Program-made: the position numbers and the translations under genes
Notes under the pieces: model-generated
The model's database searches: none
What the model was told of the DNA's origin: nothing
What the model saw: only the letters and a program-made list of their open reading frames with translations
Shown: in pieces, positions 1-12,090 of the stretch
Layout: every line of letters starts with the position of its first letter
Position numbering within the stretch: position 1 is the first letter of the stretch
From: Rhynchobatus australiae
Lineage: Eukaryota
Assembly: GCA_034780895.1 (NCBI GenBank)
Contig: JAUZTB010000002.1
Span: 86,032,035 to 86,096,034, forward strand
DNA: 64,000 nt
Direction of reading: 5' to 3'

Positions 1-800
1 GAGAAAGTGCAGTGCAGGCAGACAATAAGGTGCAAGGCCATAACGAGGTAGATTGTGAGGTCAAGAATCCATCTTATCGCACAAGAGGTCTGTTCAATAG
101 TCTTATAACAGCAGGATAGAAGCTGTCCTTGAACCTGGTGGTACCTACTTTCAGGCTTTTGTATCCAGATGTCTGGGGTGTATGTGGTCTTTAATTACAT
201 TACTGCTCTACTGAGGCAACAAGAAATATAGACGGAGTCCACGGAGGGAGGTTGGTTTCCAGAAGTGCTCAGCTGCGTCCACAACTCTCTTAGTTTCTTG
301 TGGTCCCGGGCAGAGTAGTTATAAGATATTAAGGTAAAATATTTATTTATTAGTCACATATACATCGAAACACACAGTGAAATGCATCTTTTTGCGTTAC
401 TAAGAATGTGCTGGGGGCAGCCCGCAAGTGTTGCCACTCTTCTGGCGCCAACATAGCATGACCACAGCTCCTAACCTGTATGCCTTTGGAATGTAGGAGG
501 AAACCCACACAGACACGGGGAGAACGTACAAACTCCTTACAGACAGCAGCAGGAATTGAACCTGGGTCGCTAGCGCTGTAATAGCATTAAGCTAACCACT
601 ACACTACGTGCCACCCTGTTGTCATACCAAGCCGTGATGCATCCAGATAGGATGCTTTCTATGGTGCATTGATAAAAGTTGGCGAGTGTCAAAGGGGACA
701 TGCCAAATTTCTTTAGCCACCTGAAGAAGTAGAGGCACTGGTGAGCTTTCTTGGCCGTGGCATCTACATGGTTAGACCAGGTGATGTTCACTCCTAGCAA
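1..800 (-). mobile_element. L2/Rex-Babar-like LINE 3' RT fragment, interrupted by a SINE
   Basis: The minus-strand translation LYFFRWLKKFGMSPLTLANFYQCTIESILSGCITAWY matches the C-terminal RT region of fish L2/Rex-type LINEs. Same family as 17436-18200. Confidence 0.75.
334..613 (-). mobile_element. tRNA-derived V-SINE (HE1-like)
   Basis: The minus strand shows an A-box-like TAGTGTAGTGG, a B-box GGTTCAATTCC and a V-domain-like TTTGTACGTTCTCCCCGTG..TGGGTTTCCTCC. It ends in an (AAAT)n tail. Confidence 0.75.
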
Positions 801-844
801 TGTTTCCTAGCTTCCTCGTCTCCTTAAGTGTCACAGACCCTTCA

Positions 845-1330
845 GCCATCAGTTGACCGTGGAGTTCGATGATGTTATTTGTGCAATCTTTGTTGGTGAG
901 CACAAATGTAGCTGGCAAGACCAGCCCTGGAGGTGTACACACGGAGATGGTGGGGACACGGGAAAGATGCTGAGAACTTCCTGCGTTCTCTGACTCTGGT
1001 GACTCAGTCCCGTCGGCTGCCTTTGAAGTTGACGCAGGCCCTTTTGGTCAAGACTCTCCTGCAGGAATGCCACTGTGTTTGAGGCTGTCTTTGATACAAT
1101 AATCATAATCGCTCTGTCAAGGAGCTGGCGTGGCCCACGGGAGTTGTCCATTATGTGGCCTTTCCAGTGCAACTGTGACCTCAGGGTCATGGCCTCAATG
1201 CTGACCAGATTGGTCCTGTCCAGAACTTCCAAGTTTGTCACCTTGTCCTGTCATTTGATGCCCAGGAGTACAACAGTCAGGCTCTCATCAGTGTCATCCT
1301 GGAACCATGTCCCTGTGGTGGCAATGCAGA
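845..1330 (-). mobile_element. RTE-clade LINE C-terminal/3' fragment
   Basis: The translation DKVTNLEVLDRTNLVSIEAMTLRSQLHWKGHI..PRQLL is typical of RTE ORF C-termini. Confidence 0.7.
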
Positions 1331-1361
1331 GGTCATTTAATTTTAATTTTAATTTTATTTA

Positions 1362-1820
1362 CAGCATGAGGACGTTGCCAGGACTTGAGGGACTGAGTTA
1401 TGGAGAGAGGTTGAGCAGGTTGGGACCTTTTTTTCATTGGAGTGTAGGACAATGAGGGGTGATCTTATAGAGGTGTATAAAATCATGAGGGACATAGATA
1501 GGGTGAAGGCACACACTTTTTCCCAGGGTTGGGGAATCAAGTACGAGAAGGCATAGATTTAAGGTGAGAGGGGAGAGATTTAATAGGAACCTGCTGGGCA
1601 ATGTTATCACCCAGAGGGTGGTCAGTGCATGCAACAAGTGCCAGAGGAAGTGGTTGAGGTAGGTACATTAACAATTTAAAAAGTTCTTGAACAGGTCCAT
1701 GGATAGGAAAGGATTTGAGGGATATGGGCTAAATGGGACTAGCTTAGATGGGAATCTTGGTTGCATGGACCAGTTGGGCTGAAGGGTCTGTTTCTGTGCT
1801 GTATGTCTCTATGACTCCAT
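1362..1820 (+). mobile_element. CR1-type LINE 3' end
   Basis: Translation MRTLPGLEGLSYGERLSRLG, with the characteristic 3' UTR GGGCTGAAGGG.CTGTTTCTGTGCTGTATGTCTCTATGACTC. Confidence 0.8.
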
Positions 1821-2369
1821 AATGTCTGTCAGATTATACTTATTTATATCTATTTGTGCTCTCAGTTTGTCTTTTTTGTTTCAAATTCTAAGTACATTCA
1901 GATAGAAGCCTTTAGTTTTGTCCTTAACCTTCTCTACTATTTATCTACTCTTTGACTTATACTCTCTATCTCTGTCTATCTTAGTTGGATATATTACGCA
2001 ATCCCCTCATCCAACACATTGAACAGCCAGGCCCCGTGCATTGAACCCTGTGGCACTAGTCACACCAACCCAGAAACGATCCACTTCAATCAAAAACAAC
2101 CAACAGCATCAAATAAACAATTTAATTCACCAGCCATTTAGTTAATATAATGTTTTACATAGACTAGCCATCCCAGCCAACATTCCTGTTCATAGAGGCA
2201 TAAGAAATAGAAGCAGGACCAGGTCCCTCAATGACTGCACTTCAGAAGAAATTCATTACTTCAAGCCCTTTGAGTTGAATCAACATGAAGGACAATATAA
2301 TTAAAAAATAGTATGATGGTTTATTATTTCCCTTTTCACTGAACACTTAACTGAAACAAAAATAGTTGT

Positions 2370-2500
2370 CGTTATCAAGTAAACACAACAGCCAATTTGC
2401 ACACAGTAAGATTCCACAACTGGGAAGGAGATGATGAGCAGATCTTCTGTCCTTTTTGGCCGTGTTCGTTGAGCAATAAATATTGTCCAAGAATGAAAGA
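2370..2500 (-). mobile_element. Deu-domain SINE fragment
   Basis: The reverse complement resembles the Deu-SINE core AATATTTAT..CTCAAC...GTGG.ATCTT.CTGTGTGCAAATTGGCTG. Confidence 0.5.
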
Positions 2501-3059
2501 TTAACATAGAGGCTTCTGAAAATAAATCATCATTCTAGAATAGTTTCTTTCAATCACTGCCCATAAAAATTCAGACTAACCACTGCCTAGGTTCCTGGCC
2601 TAAAGATAAATCACATATATTCACACATTGTAAACAGAACGGTTGCCAAACTAAACACTGTTCAGAAGCCCTTTAACTAAAATGCAGACATTACACATTC
2701 CAGTTATTCATATAACTGCTGTAACAGTTTTGTTTACATTAATACAAATCAGTTAATGTCTATGTTTTCCTGAAATTTTCTNNNNNNNNTGTCTCAGAAA
2801 GGAATTGCTGTCAAAATTATATATTTATAATCGCAAATTAACTTGCACATTCCCCAAGCACCTGGCTCTCAGTGGTTCTACAGTTTGTCTGCGGCTGCCA
2901 TTGCTCGAGTGTATTCACTCTGTCCATCCACTGTTCTACTGTCCCCGACTTAGATGGCATGAGTGGTCTCCCACCAAACTTGCTTAAGGCCACATGCAGT
3001 CATTTGCCCTTGTTCACATAATCATTTCTCTTTTCCAGGAATTTACCTCAGTTGTAACT

Positions 3060-3700
3060 GAGACACCCAAAAAACTGCAGACGCTGGAAGTCTGAAATAA
3101 AAACTGAAAATGCTGCAGACACTCAGCAGGTCAGGCAGCATCTGTAGAAGGAAAAACAGACAATAATTCAGGCCAGAAACACTTAAGAAATGGGAAGAGA
3201 GAAATCAGGTCAGTACTCATGCTCCTCTTTACCTGATCTGTCTTAACCAATCCTCATACAAGCATTTGTCTTGCACCTTTCTCCTCCCCCCATGTCTGCC
3301 TTGAAAACTGACTCCCCTCCACTTTTTCCCTAGTTCCGAGGAAAAGTCCCTGACCCAAGACATTGACTGGTTTCCCCTTTCCACAGATGCTGCTTGACTG
3401 GCTGAGTTAGAACATAGAACAGTACAGGCCATTCGGCCCATGATGTTGTGCCAACTTGCTCCCTGATCCATCTAACCCTCCTACACAGCCCATAACCTTC
3501 CATTTTTCTTACATCCATGCACTTATCTAAGAGTCTTTTAAATGTCCCCATTGTATCAGCCTCTACCACCACCCCTGGCAGTGCATTCCAGGCACTCACC
3601 ACTCTCTGTGTAAAGAGCCTACCTCTGATATCTCCCCTAAACATTCCTCCTCTGACTGTAAACTGGTGTTCTCTGGAGTTCTTCCAGCATTTCTGTCAAT
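3060..3700. mobile_element. Penelope-derived inverted-repeat element with a CR1 3' end (3409-3675, minus) nested in it
   Basis: Shows the CTCAGCAGGTCAGGCAGCATCTGT arm and its inverse. The CR1 insert is flanked by duplicated GAGTT (3404-3408 and 3676-3680). Confidence 0.6.
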
Positions 3701-4969
3701 AAATTGATGAGGGCGGGTAGAGAGAAAACAAACAAAGGAACATTCTTCAAAACTTAAAAGAACACAAATCCAACTTTTTTAGCTGTTTGTGATAGGACAT
3801 GACTCTCATCCAAGGGATTAGTTTAGCGAACCTCTTCTGCGCTGGTATATCCTTTCTTGAGTAAAGGGAACAAATAGCCTCCATCTATGTAATTAAGGAT
3901 GATAACACATTTTGTAAGTATTTTATTCTTGCTTGCCAGAGCAAAATAAATACTTCCTTGCCAGCATGTTTGATACTGTCAAACATTTTTGTATTACACT
4001 TCTACATGAGCCAAATTCATAATCACTCACATCAGCTAACACAGAAAGAAATCAAGTTTCAAATCTTCATAATCTGAATGAGTCAGTCACTTGCTGATTA
4101 ACTCAGAGGTGCTGAAATGTTCAGGTTCAGCAGTCGGCTTTTAAGTGCACCATGACTCTGGTTCTCATCAGATAATATGCAGAGAAAGAACAACGCATGA
4201 TGTATTTACATTCTCCCTTTTGTGATGGCAGACCATACCTAAGAGCATCCCTGCCATTGAAGGGCCCTTGAGCAGCAGCTATTGCTACAGTGAAGTGTAA
4301 GACAAAGAAAAAAGGAGTAGGCCATTCAGCCCTTCATGCCTGTTCTACCATTCAGCACGATCATAACTAATGACCCACTTCAGTACCCTGTTCCCATCTT
4401 CTCCCCATATTCCTTGATGCCTTTTACATTAAGAAATATATCTACCTCCTTCTTGAGTACATTTAGTGACTTGGAAACTAGAGGTTTCCAAAGCCTTCTG
4501 TGGTGGAGAATTCCATGGGCTCACTACCCTCTGGGAAGTGTTTCTCCTGAGCTCAGTTGCAAGTGACCTACCCCATACTCTGAGACTACGACCCTTGGTT
4601 CTGGGCTCTCCATCCATCGTGAGCATCCTCAAGCAAGAATCAAAACTATTGGAGGAACTCAGGTCAGGCAGCTTCTGTGGAGGCAAAGGGATTGTTGAAG
4701 TTGACGCAAGGTCTCAGCCCGAAACGTCAAGTTTATTGTTGTCAATAGGCACATTTTCACAGGGTATAGATACCATGAAAATTAGGTTTTTGCAGCAGCA
4801 GCACAGTACATGACAAGATGAGGACCAACGTAAGTTAACATGAAATCAAATTAACATAAATCATACATAACCTACGCTTGTGCAAAATAAAACAGCAAAA
4901 GAAACTTAACAGCACCAGTGCAAGATTGAGAGAGGGGGAAAAAGAAAAATAGTCCGAGATAGTGTTAAG

Positions 4970-5155
4970 GACTGAGTGTAGAGAGGAGACAGCCAGTATA
5001 AAGAGGTGAGGGGAAGAACTGGAGCAAGAGCTGGCAAGTGATAGGTGGCTCCCTTTCCTCTATCTTTCAGTCCAGATGAAGGGTCTCGACTGAAACGTCA
5101 GCTGTCCATTCCCCTCCACCGATGCTGCCTGACCTACTGAATTCCTCCAGCAGTT
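4970..5155 (+). mobile_element. Penelope-derived terminal repeat with hammerhead-like core (5068-5104)
   Basis: CAGTC-CAGATGA-AGGGTCTCGACT-GAAAC-GTC-AGCTG, followed by the family arm GATGCTGCCTGACCT. Confidence 0.55.
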
Positions 5156-5439
5156 TGAAAACATTTACCACAGGGCTCAAGGACAACTTCTATCCCATTG
5201 TTATAGACTCTTGAATGATAAAGGTGAACTCCTCTCAATCTACCTCTTGCACCTTACTTGTCTACCTGCACTTTCTCTGTAACTGTACCACTATATCCTG
5301 CAATCTGTTATTGCTTTTCCTTTTGTACTACCTCAATGTACTTATGTTTAGAATGATCTGTATGGTTGGCATGCAAAACAAAGCTTTTCACTGTATCTCT
5401 GCACGTGACAATAATAAACCAATTGTCAATTATCTATTA

Positions 5440-6350
5440 CCTGCTAGTAGATTTGAAGGATTTTGCAGAGGCAGTGTTGGTGGCACTTTTCCAGTGCATG
5501 GAATTGCCTGCTGTAAGGAGTCCAGATCTCAGAAGCACATACAAGGACAGAGATCACTGCTGCCCAGGAGACCGTGAGCTTTGATCTTCAAATACGCCTT
5601 TCCTCAATTGATGATAGCTGTGCTAATGTACCAAAAATGGAAGCAAATTTCATCATTGGTGTCTGCCTTCACCAAATGATGGCTTCAAAGACATGGGAAG
5701 AGGTTCATGTTTCCCAGGGTGTTACCTTGGAAACCATTGATGATGGGTTGGAATTGAGAGTGTGTGCAAACAGAAGCATCATTTACATATTGTACCTCAA
5801 CTGGTGAGGTTGGGGCAACTTTGGCTCCGGAGTGTAGTCACTGAAGGTTGAAGATTACTGTCACACTCAGCTGGTTGAAGGTGGGATGCAACATCATGCC
5901 AAAAAAGGTTGAGAAAAGCTTTGGAGCAATGACATAACCTTGTTTGGCACCAGTTTTCACTGATAATGGATCTTTTGTAGAACCATTGGTTAAAATCATG
6001 GCTTGCTGCATGTCATCATTGAGCAAGTGTAAGGCGGAGATGAGTTTCTGTGGGCAGCTGAAGTTGAAGAACCACATTTATGCTCACAGCGTCGTAAAAT
6101 CATGCAACAAGGAAACAGGCCATTTGGCCCATTATGTATTCTTCAGCTCCCTGTGTTTTCCTTGGAGTTGTCAGGCAGTGAAGATCTTGTCCATGTGTCT
6201 CTAGGTGGACGGAATCCACAGACTGTGAATCCAGGGAGCAGCTCCAGCTGCCAGGAGGAGGTGGATGAGGAGGATTCAAGCGATGACCTGCCCTATGGCA
6301 GACACAGGTAAACTCTCTGTAGTTAGTACAGTCAGACTTGCAATCAATGA
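5440..6350 (-). mobile_element. RTE-clade LINE reverse-transcriptase fragment (degenerate)
   Basis: Frameshifted RT motifs: SDCTNYR, a QCGFR-like segment, and CPQKLISALHLL..VKTGAKQGYVIAPKLFSTFF. Confidence 0.75.
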
Positions 6351-6354
6351 GGCA

Positions 6355-9010
6355 TAAAATCATAAGAGTTGTTACAGCAAAGGAGACAATTTGGCCCATC
6401 ATGTCCATGCTAGCTCCCACAATCCAATCCCTTCTGAGGCTTTTCCTCATCCAATTCCCTCTTGACCACAATGGAAGCTGCCTCCACTACATCTGCAGGC
6501 AGTGATTCCCAGAGTCCAACTGTAGTTTTTCCTTGTGTCACTTATTCTCTTCCTTTATTTTATACCAGTGAACCTCTAATCCTCAACATCTCCACTGAAG
6601 TCAAAAGCCTCCCACTCTCCACTCTGTTCAGACCACTCAGTTTCTATACTTCAATCAGATCTCTGCTCAGCCTTCTCTTCTTTAAAAGAACACAGTTACG
6701 GTCGTAACTATAGTCCCTCATCCCAGGAGCCATTCTTGTGGATCTTTTCTGGAACTCGTCTAATTCTCCCAAATCTTTTTTTTTGAAAGTGGCAACCAGA
6801 ATTGAACACAATTCTCCAAATGAGGCTAGATTAGCACCTTGTAAAGGTTCAGCATGGTATTGTTTCTTTTGTGCTCTACCCCTCTGCTGATAAAGCCCAG
6901 AATAGTGTCTGCCTTATTAACTGCTTTCTCAGCCTGTCTGCCAATGTCAGTAACTTATACATTCACTCCCACCCACCTGTTACGGACTGGGTTACAATTA
7001 GTGAGGTGTGTGTGTGGGTATCGTGCTTATGTCAACAGAAGATAAGAACGTCATGACGTTGTTGTTGGAACAGCCAGTCGGAGTCAGTCTGAAGGAGAGA
7101 GAGAGATACTAGAACAAGAGAGAGACACCAGCCTGCTTGTTTTCTCTGTCGATGGATGAGAAACAATAACCGTGACTGTCACTGCTATCCACATATGGAT
7201 TGTCGAAAGTAATCCGGTGGAGTTCCCTTTGTCAGTAACCCCTGGAGGAAAACAGATAGTTGGTGTGGACGGTCACGGCACGGATGCTTTAGGGTGTGGC
7301 AGACACGTTGAAATGGAGTTCACTTGGTTGTTGACCTGGAGGAGGAAAGAGGTAGTTGGTGTGGACGGCCACGATACTCTATTATCNNNNNNNNNNNNNN
7401 NNNNNNNNNNNNNNNNNNNNNNNNNNNNNNNNNNNNNNNNNNNNNNNNNNNNNNNNNNNNNNNNNNNNNNNNNNNNNNNNNNNNNNTTAACACTTTTATT
7501 TTTCTTATTATTATTATGTAGTTATTAATAAAGTAGTTTTTAAACACTTATACAGGTCTTGGTGTGTTTCTTTTGTTGCTGGTACATACCTTTGGCTCCC
7601 TTCCTCCTGCACTGTTTTAGAATGGCATCCTTTATTCTAAATTGCCTCTCCTCATTCTTCCTACCAAAATGTTTAACCTCACATTTCTTCACATTAAATG
7701 TCATCTGCCACACGTCTGCCCATTCTGTCATCCTGATTATATCCTGTTCTCTTCAGAGTTCACAATAATGCCAAGTTTTGTGTCATTTGTAAATTTAGAA
7801 ATTGTGGCTTGCACACCCAAGTCTTGGTCATTAATAAGGATCAAAAAAAAGGCAATGACCCTAACACCAATCCCCAGGGAAAACTGCTATTTACCTTCCT
7901 CCAGTCTGAAAAATAAAAACTCACCATAACCCCCTGCTGTCTGTAACTTAGCCAACTCCATATCCATGCTGTCAATGTGCCTTTTATGCCATGTTCTTCA
8001 ACTTGCTGATAAGCCTGTGTATGGCATCTTAGTTGAAGCAATCCAGAAAGTCCATTTACACCACACTGATTGTATTACCCTTCTCAGCTCATCAAAAAGT
8101 TCAATCTAGTTTGCTAAACACAATTTGCACTTAAAAATCCATGCTGGTTTGCTTTAATTAATCATTTTCCTTCAGGTGTCTATTAATCCGGACCCAGATC
8201 AGTGTTTCTGAAAGCTTTTCCACCACTGGCATCGAGGTGATTAGCCTGTAATTGCTGGATATCCTTTTTGAACAAGGCAGCAACATTTTCTACTCTCCAG
8301 TCCTTTGGTGCCACCTCCATATCCAAGGAGCAATGGTAGATGAAGGCCCGTAAGATCCTCCCATCCTGGGATACATCCCTTCTGATCCTGGTGACTTACC
8401 TACTTCAACCAACCTTTCATTATCCATTTTTAATGTGGTAGCATCTCAATTATCTCCTCCTTCACTATTACTTTGCAAGCACCTTCTTCCTTGTAAAGAC
8501 AACTGCAAAGTACACACTTAATATCTTAACTCGGCCCTCGGCATCATATGCAAGTTCCTAATTGCGTCCTTAACAGGCTCCACTCCTCCATACACTATCT
8601 TTTTAGTATTTATATAACTAAGGAAGACTTTTGTATTCCGATTTATGTTGGCTTATCTTTTGTTATACAATCCCTTTGCCTCTCTTATTTTAGTTTTCAC
8701 TTCTTCTCTGATTATTTTATAATCATCTCGGTTCCTGCTGGTATTTATGACCTGATCTGTTCTTTGCTTTATTTTCCTCCGTATCTCTTTCATCATCCAG
8801 AAAGCCGTGGATTTGTTTGTTCTTCCTTTGTCCCTCCTAGGAATGTGCTTCTACTGTACCTGAACCATCTCTTCCTTAAAAGGCAGCCCATTGTTCTGCC
8901 TGTCAGCTTTTGGTTCTAGTTTACCTGCACCAGATCCACTCCTGTCACATTGAAATTGACCTTCTTACAATTAATTATCTTTGCTCTCCTTTCTTATATA
9001 ATACATCCAG
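6355..9010 (-). mobile_element. Old CR1-type LINE (long degenerate RT region) interrupted by a solo LTR
   Basis: Remnants WADVWQMTFNVKKCEVKHFG, HGIKGTLTAWIWSWLSYRQQ and PWGLVLG; CR1 3' end near 6360. Confidence 0.75.
6978..7586 (+). mobile_element. Probable solo LTR
   Basis: Starts TGTTAC and ends GGTACA (TG..CA). AATAAA near 7527. Near-duplicated flanks CACC/TACC. Internal ~55-bp direct repeat (about 7220-7276 and 7316-7373). CpG-richer than the host CR1. Confidence 0.6.
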
Positions 9011-9499
9011 CTGTTTAACATTCCCTCTCATTTCTTAGCTCTAAACATCTTGCATCTTTGATTCCCCCTGTCCAGTTCTCTCTCCAGCATTGTAACAAAT
9101 ACCACTATTCCTTCTCCTTTCATTCCTTCCCAGTANNNNNNNNNNNNNNNNNNNNNNNNNNNNNNNNNNNNNNNNNNNNNNNNNNNNNNNNNNNNNNNNN
9201 NNNNNNNNNNNNNNNNNNNNNNNNNNNNNNNNNNNTCAGGTGTGTGTCGTTATGTAATCAGTCCAGCATGGAATCCATGAGCTGGACAACAAGGCATTAT
9301 AGGAACCAAATCAAGGGCCAGAACCATGACATATTTATCACAATCTGTTCATTCACATACATGTATAGGTAACCAAATATAGTTATATCATTTCCATTTT
9401 TACTTCCCCCTGTAAAATCCTGGTGCTGATCTAATTTTCTGTGAAATGTCTTCAGCACTTCCATTTGATATTTTGCCTTTAATTTTATCTAACGAATGA

Positions 9500-9920
9500 A
9501 GGTGTTCATTACAAGGCCACGCTCCAAGAATTTTATCAGAAGAGGGACCCCAGTCTTTCCTATTCCTTCCTTAACAATCATGCCTTGCCAAAGAGTAGTG
9601 TCCCTTCCCACCTTGTCAGTGAAGTCAGTGATCAGGATGATCAGTGTGTCTCCCTTTGGGAGGTAGACCAGGATTTTCTCAAGGTCAGTATAAAAGTCCT
9701 CAGTGGCCTTGTCTAAAGTTTTAAGGGTTCAGGAGCATACACTGATGACTGTGGCAATGTTGCTTCTATTTCAAAATGAACCAAAGGTTCATAAGACATT
9801 TGCTAATCCCTTGGTGTATGTCACTAAGAGACCATACTAACTCATCTTTGGTGGCAAAGCTCACTCTGTGAAGATAGCATTCATCTGCCGGATTGTATGA
9901 TGAAGATACCTGCTTAGGTC
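9500..9920 (-). mobile_element. RTE-clade LINE endonuclease fragment
   Basis: Minus-strand ATVISVYAP..EDFYTDLEKILVYLPKGDTLIIL.DF..KVG, an APE-endonuclease-like motif. Confidence 0.65.
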
Positions 9921-10675
9921 CTTACATTATATGTACAAAAATACTCCTTTACATATAACTGTTAAGGTAAAGATGCCTACTCTTGACAACCAGTCAGAAA
10001 CCTTTAAGAAAAGGGAGAGAAAAGCCACAGTTGCCAAAAATTGTGCAGATATGTCATTGGTTGGATGCAGCAGTTTTGTCAGAAAAATACACACACACTT
10101 TCGATCTCAACCTTCAATTTTCAGGAAATTCCATGTTTCGGAGAAGAGAGATAAAATTTAAACTGAGGAAGACAATGTAGACCCATAAGTAAATAATGCC
10201 ATGCTTGATGCTCTTTCTCTGAGACTTCTTCCTTTCAAAATCTGACGCATGCCATTCGAATACCTGCCATTCTTAGCGGTTAATCTGTGAACAGTCAGTT
10301 AATTCCTTATCCCTTGAATCATGCATCTATTCAATACTGCACAGAAAGGTTTTATGTTCTCAGTTCAAAGCTTAGAAAGTAACTCCTTTTGGGCACTTTG
10401 TGGCATCTAGCTCCAAATCCAATTAATTTGTGCTTGCAAATTATTTAAAATGTTGGAATTTCAGGCATGGCAACAAAATCCTCCTTCACAAGAAAGTGTC
10501 CCTGTTAACCATATTCCAGCCCATTACAATGCAGTACTTTTCTCATCTTTAAGAACTGCTGACAATGAGCCAGCCACTTTTGTGAAGTGGTTACTGTTAA
10601 TAGTTTTGCTGGTGTAGTTCCAGGTCTGTGGCAGTTCTTATTTGTGTCAGACCCCAGTGGAAGTGAACTATATGT

Positions 10676-11361
10676 GCTTGGCTGGCGGTGAGAGGGGCCC
10701 TCCCAGTCAGATCCTTCCTGCATGGTTGAAACATCAGTCCAAGTGCACGCTGCCCTCGGGAGGACTGCGCTGGGGACGAGACGGTCGCCCACCTCTTTGC
10801 GGGCTGTGGGTTTGCAAGGAGGGTGTGGCAAAAGATCCTTGTCACGTTTTATCCCCAGCAGCTGTGTAACAGGATTCTCTGATCTATGGGTTGTTCCCAG
10901 GGACACACACAGAGACAGACTTCAACTGCTGCTGGAAGGTCATCAACTCGTTGAAAGACGCCCCTTGGTCTGCCCAAAACTTGTTGGTCTCCCAGCACTA
11001 CGAGATGTCCGTAGGGGAATGCTGCCGACTGGCACATTCCAGGCTGCAGGAGTACGTGCTGAGGGACACACTGAAGCTGGGCACAGCCAAAGCAAGGGCT
11101 TGGTGGGGAAGGACGACAGTCTAGGGTTCTTCTGCCACAGGAGAGGCAGCGGTGGGGTCAGGTGAGGAAGCCCCTCAAATATTGTAAATACGGGATTGGG
11201 GTATCCCCCCTGGGAGCCACACGAGTGGCATCCGTACTGTCTTCATATATAAGAAGTAACACTAAGAACGGAACTGTACACGAGTGTAAAGGTTTGAACT
11301 GTTTTATTATTGTATATAGTTTCTTATTTATTATGAATAAAGTTTATTTTGTTAAAAAAAA
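10676..11361 (+). mobile_element. Tx1/L1-clade LINE, 5'-truncated (zinc-knuckle end, 3' UTR, polyA)
   Basis: Translation WLAVRGALPVRSFLH..RCPREDCAGDETVAHLFAGCGFARRVW (CCHC knuckle). ORF stop at 11124, AATAAA at 11336-11341, A-tail at 11354-11361. Confidence 0.8.
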
Positions 11362-11809
11362 TCAATTATATACTGTTTATCTGCCCCTTTCCCTTTCATC
11401 TACTAACTGGGGCATTCATTTCTCATCCACCCAGTATACTTTAGCTATTGTTTTATTGGCTTCATGGCGCGAGTACAAGCTGAAATGCTACAATGCCTTT
11501 AAGCAGAGAAATAATTAAAGGCTTTTCACAAAGCCATGAAGAATGTTGGTTATCAAAGTGAAGAAGGACTGCTTATGGAGGTAATCAAGAGCTTCATCAG
11601 AAAGTTGGAGAATAGAATCTGTATAGGTAGGAAACTCCAGAAGATGCCTCTTGAAATAATGCCACCAATGGGAGGGAGAGAGAGAGGGATCAGATTCTGA
11701 GGAAGGGTGAGTTTGAAGGATTATAAGGTGGCAATGGCTATATGGATAGGGAGGGGCAAGGCCATCGAAGTCTTTGTTAGCAAAAATCAGGATTTTAAGA
11801 ATATGGAAT

Positions 11810-12090
11810 GTAGAACATAGAACAGTACAGCACAGAACAGGCCCTTCGGCCCACAATGATGTGCTGACATGGCTATTCCCTCCTACCTACAGAATGCCCA
11901 CATCCCTCCATTTCCCTCTCATTCATGTGCCCATCCAACTTCCTCTTAAAAACCCCCAATGAATTTGCCTCCACCACCCCATCAGGCAACGCATTCCAGG
12001 CATCCACCACTCTCTAAGAAAAAAACATACCCCTCACGTCTGTTCTGAACCTACCCCCTCTCACCTTAAATGCATGCCCTCTGGTGTTGT
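11810..12090 (-). mobile_element. CR1 3' end
   Basis: Contains AGAACATAGAACAGTACAGCACAGAACAGGCCCTTCGGCCCAC, the reverse complement of a CR1 tail. Confidence 0.7.

Noticed and set aside
560-612. tRNA-like A/B boxes (also near 14570-14640)
   Set aside because: They are SINE heads continuing into V-domain bodies, not tRNA genes.
4070-4160. AP-1-like TGAGTCA site in unique sequence
   Set aside because: A single 7-mer is expected by chance in 64 kb; no other support.
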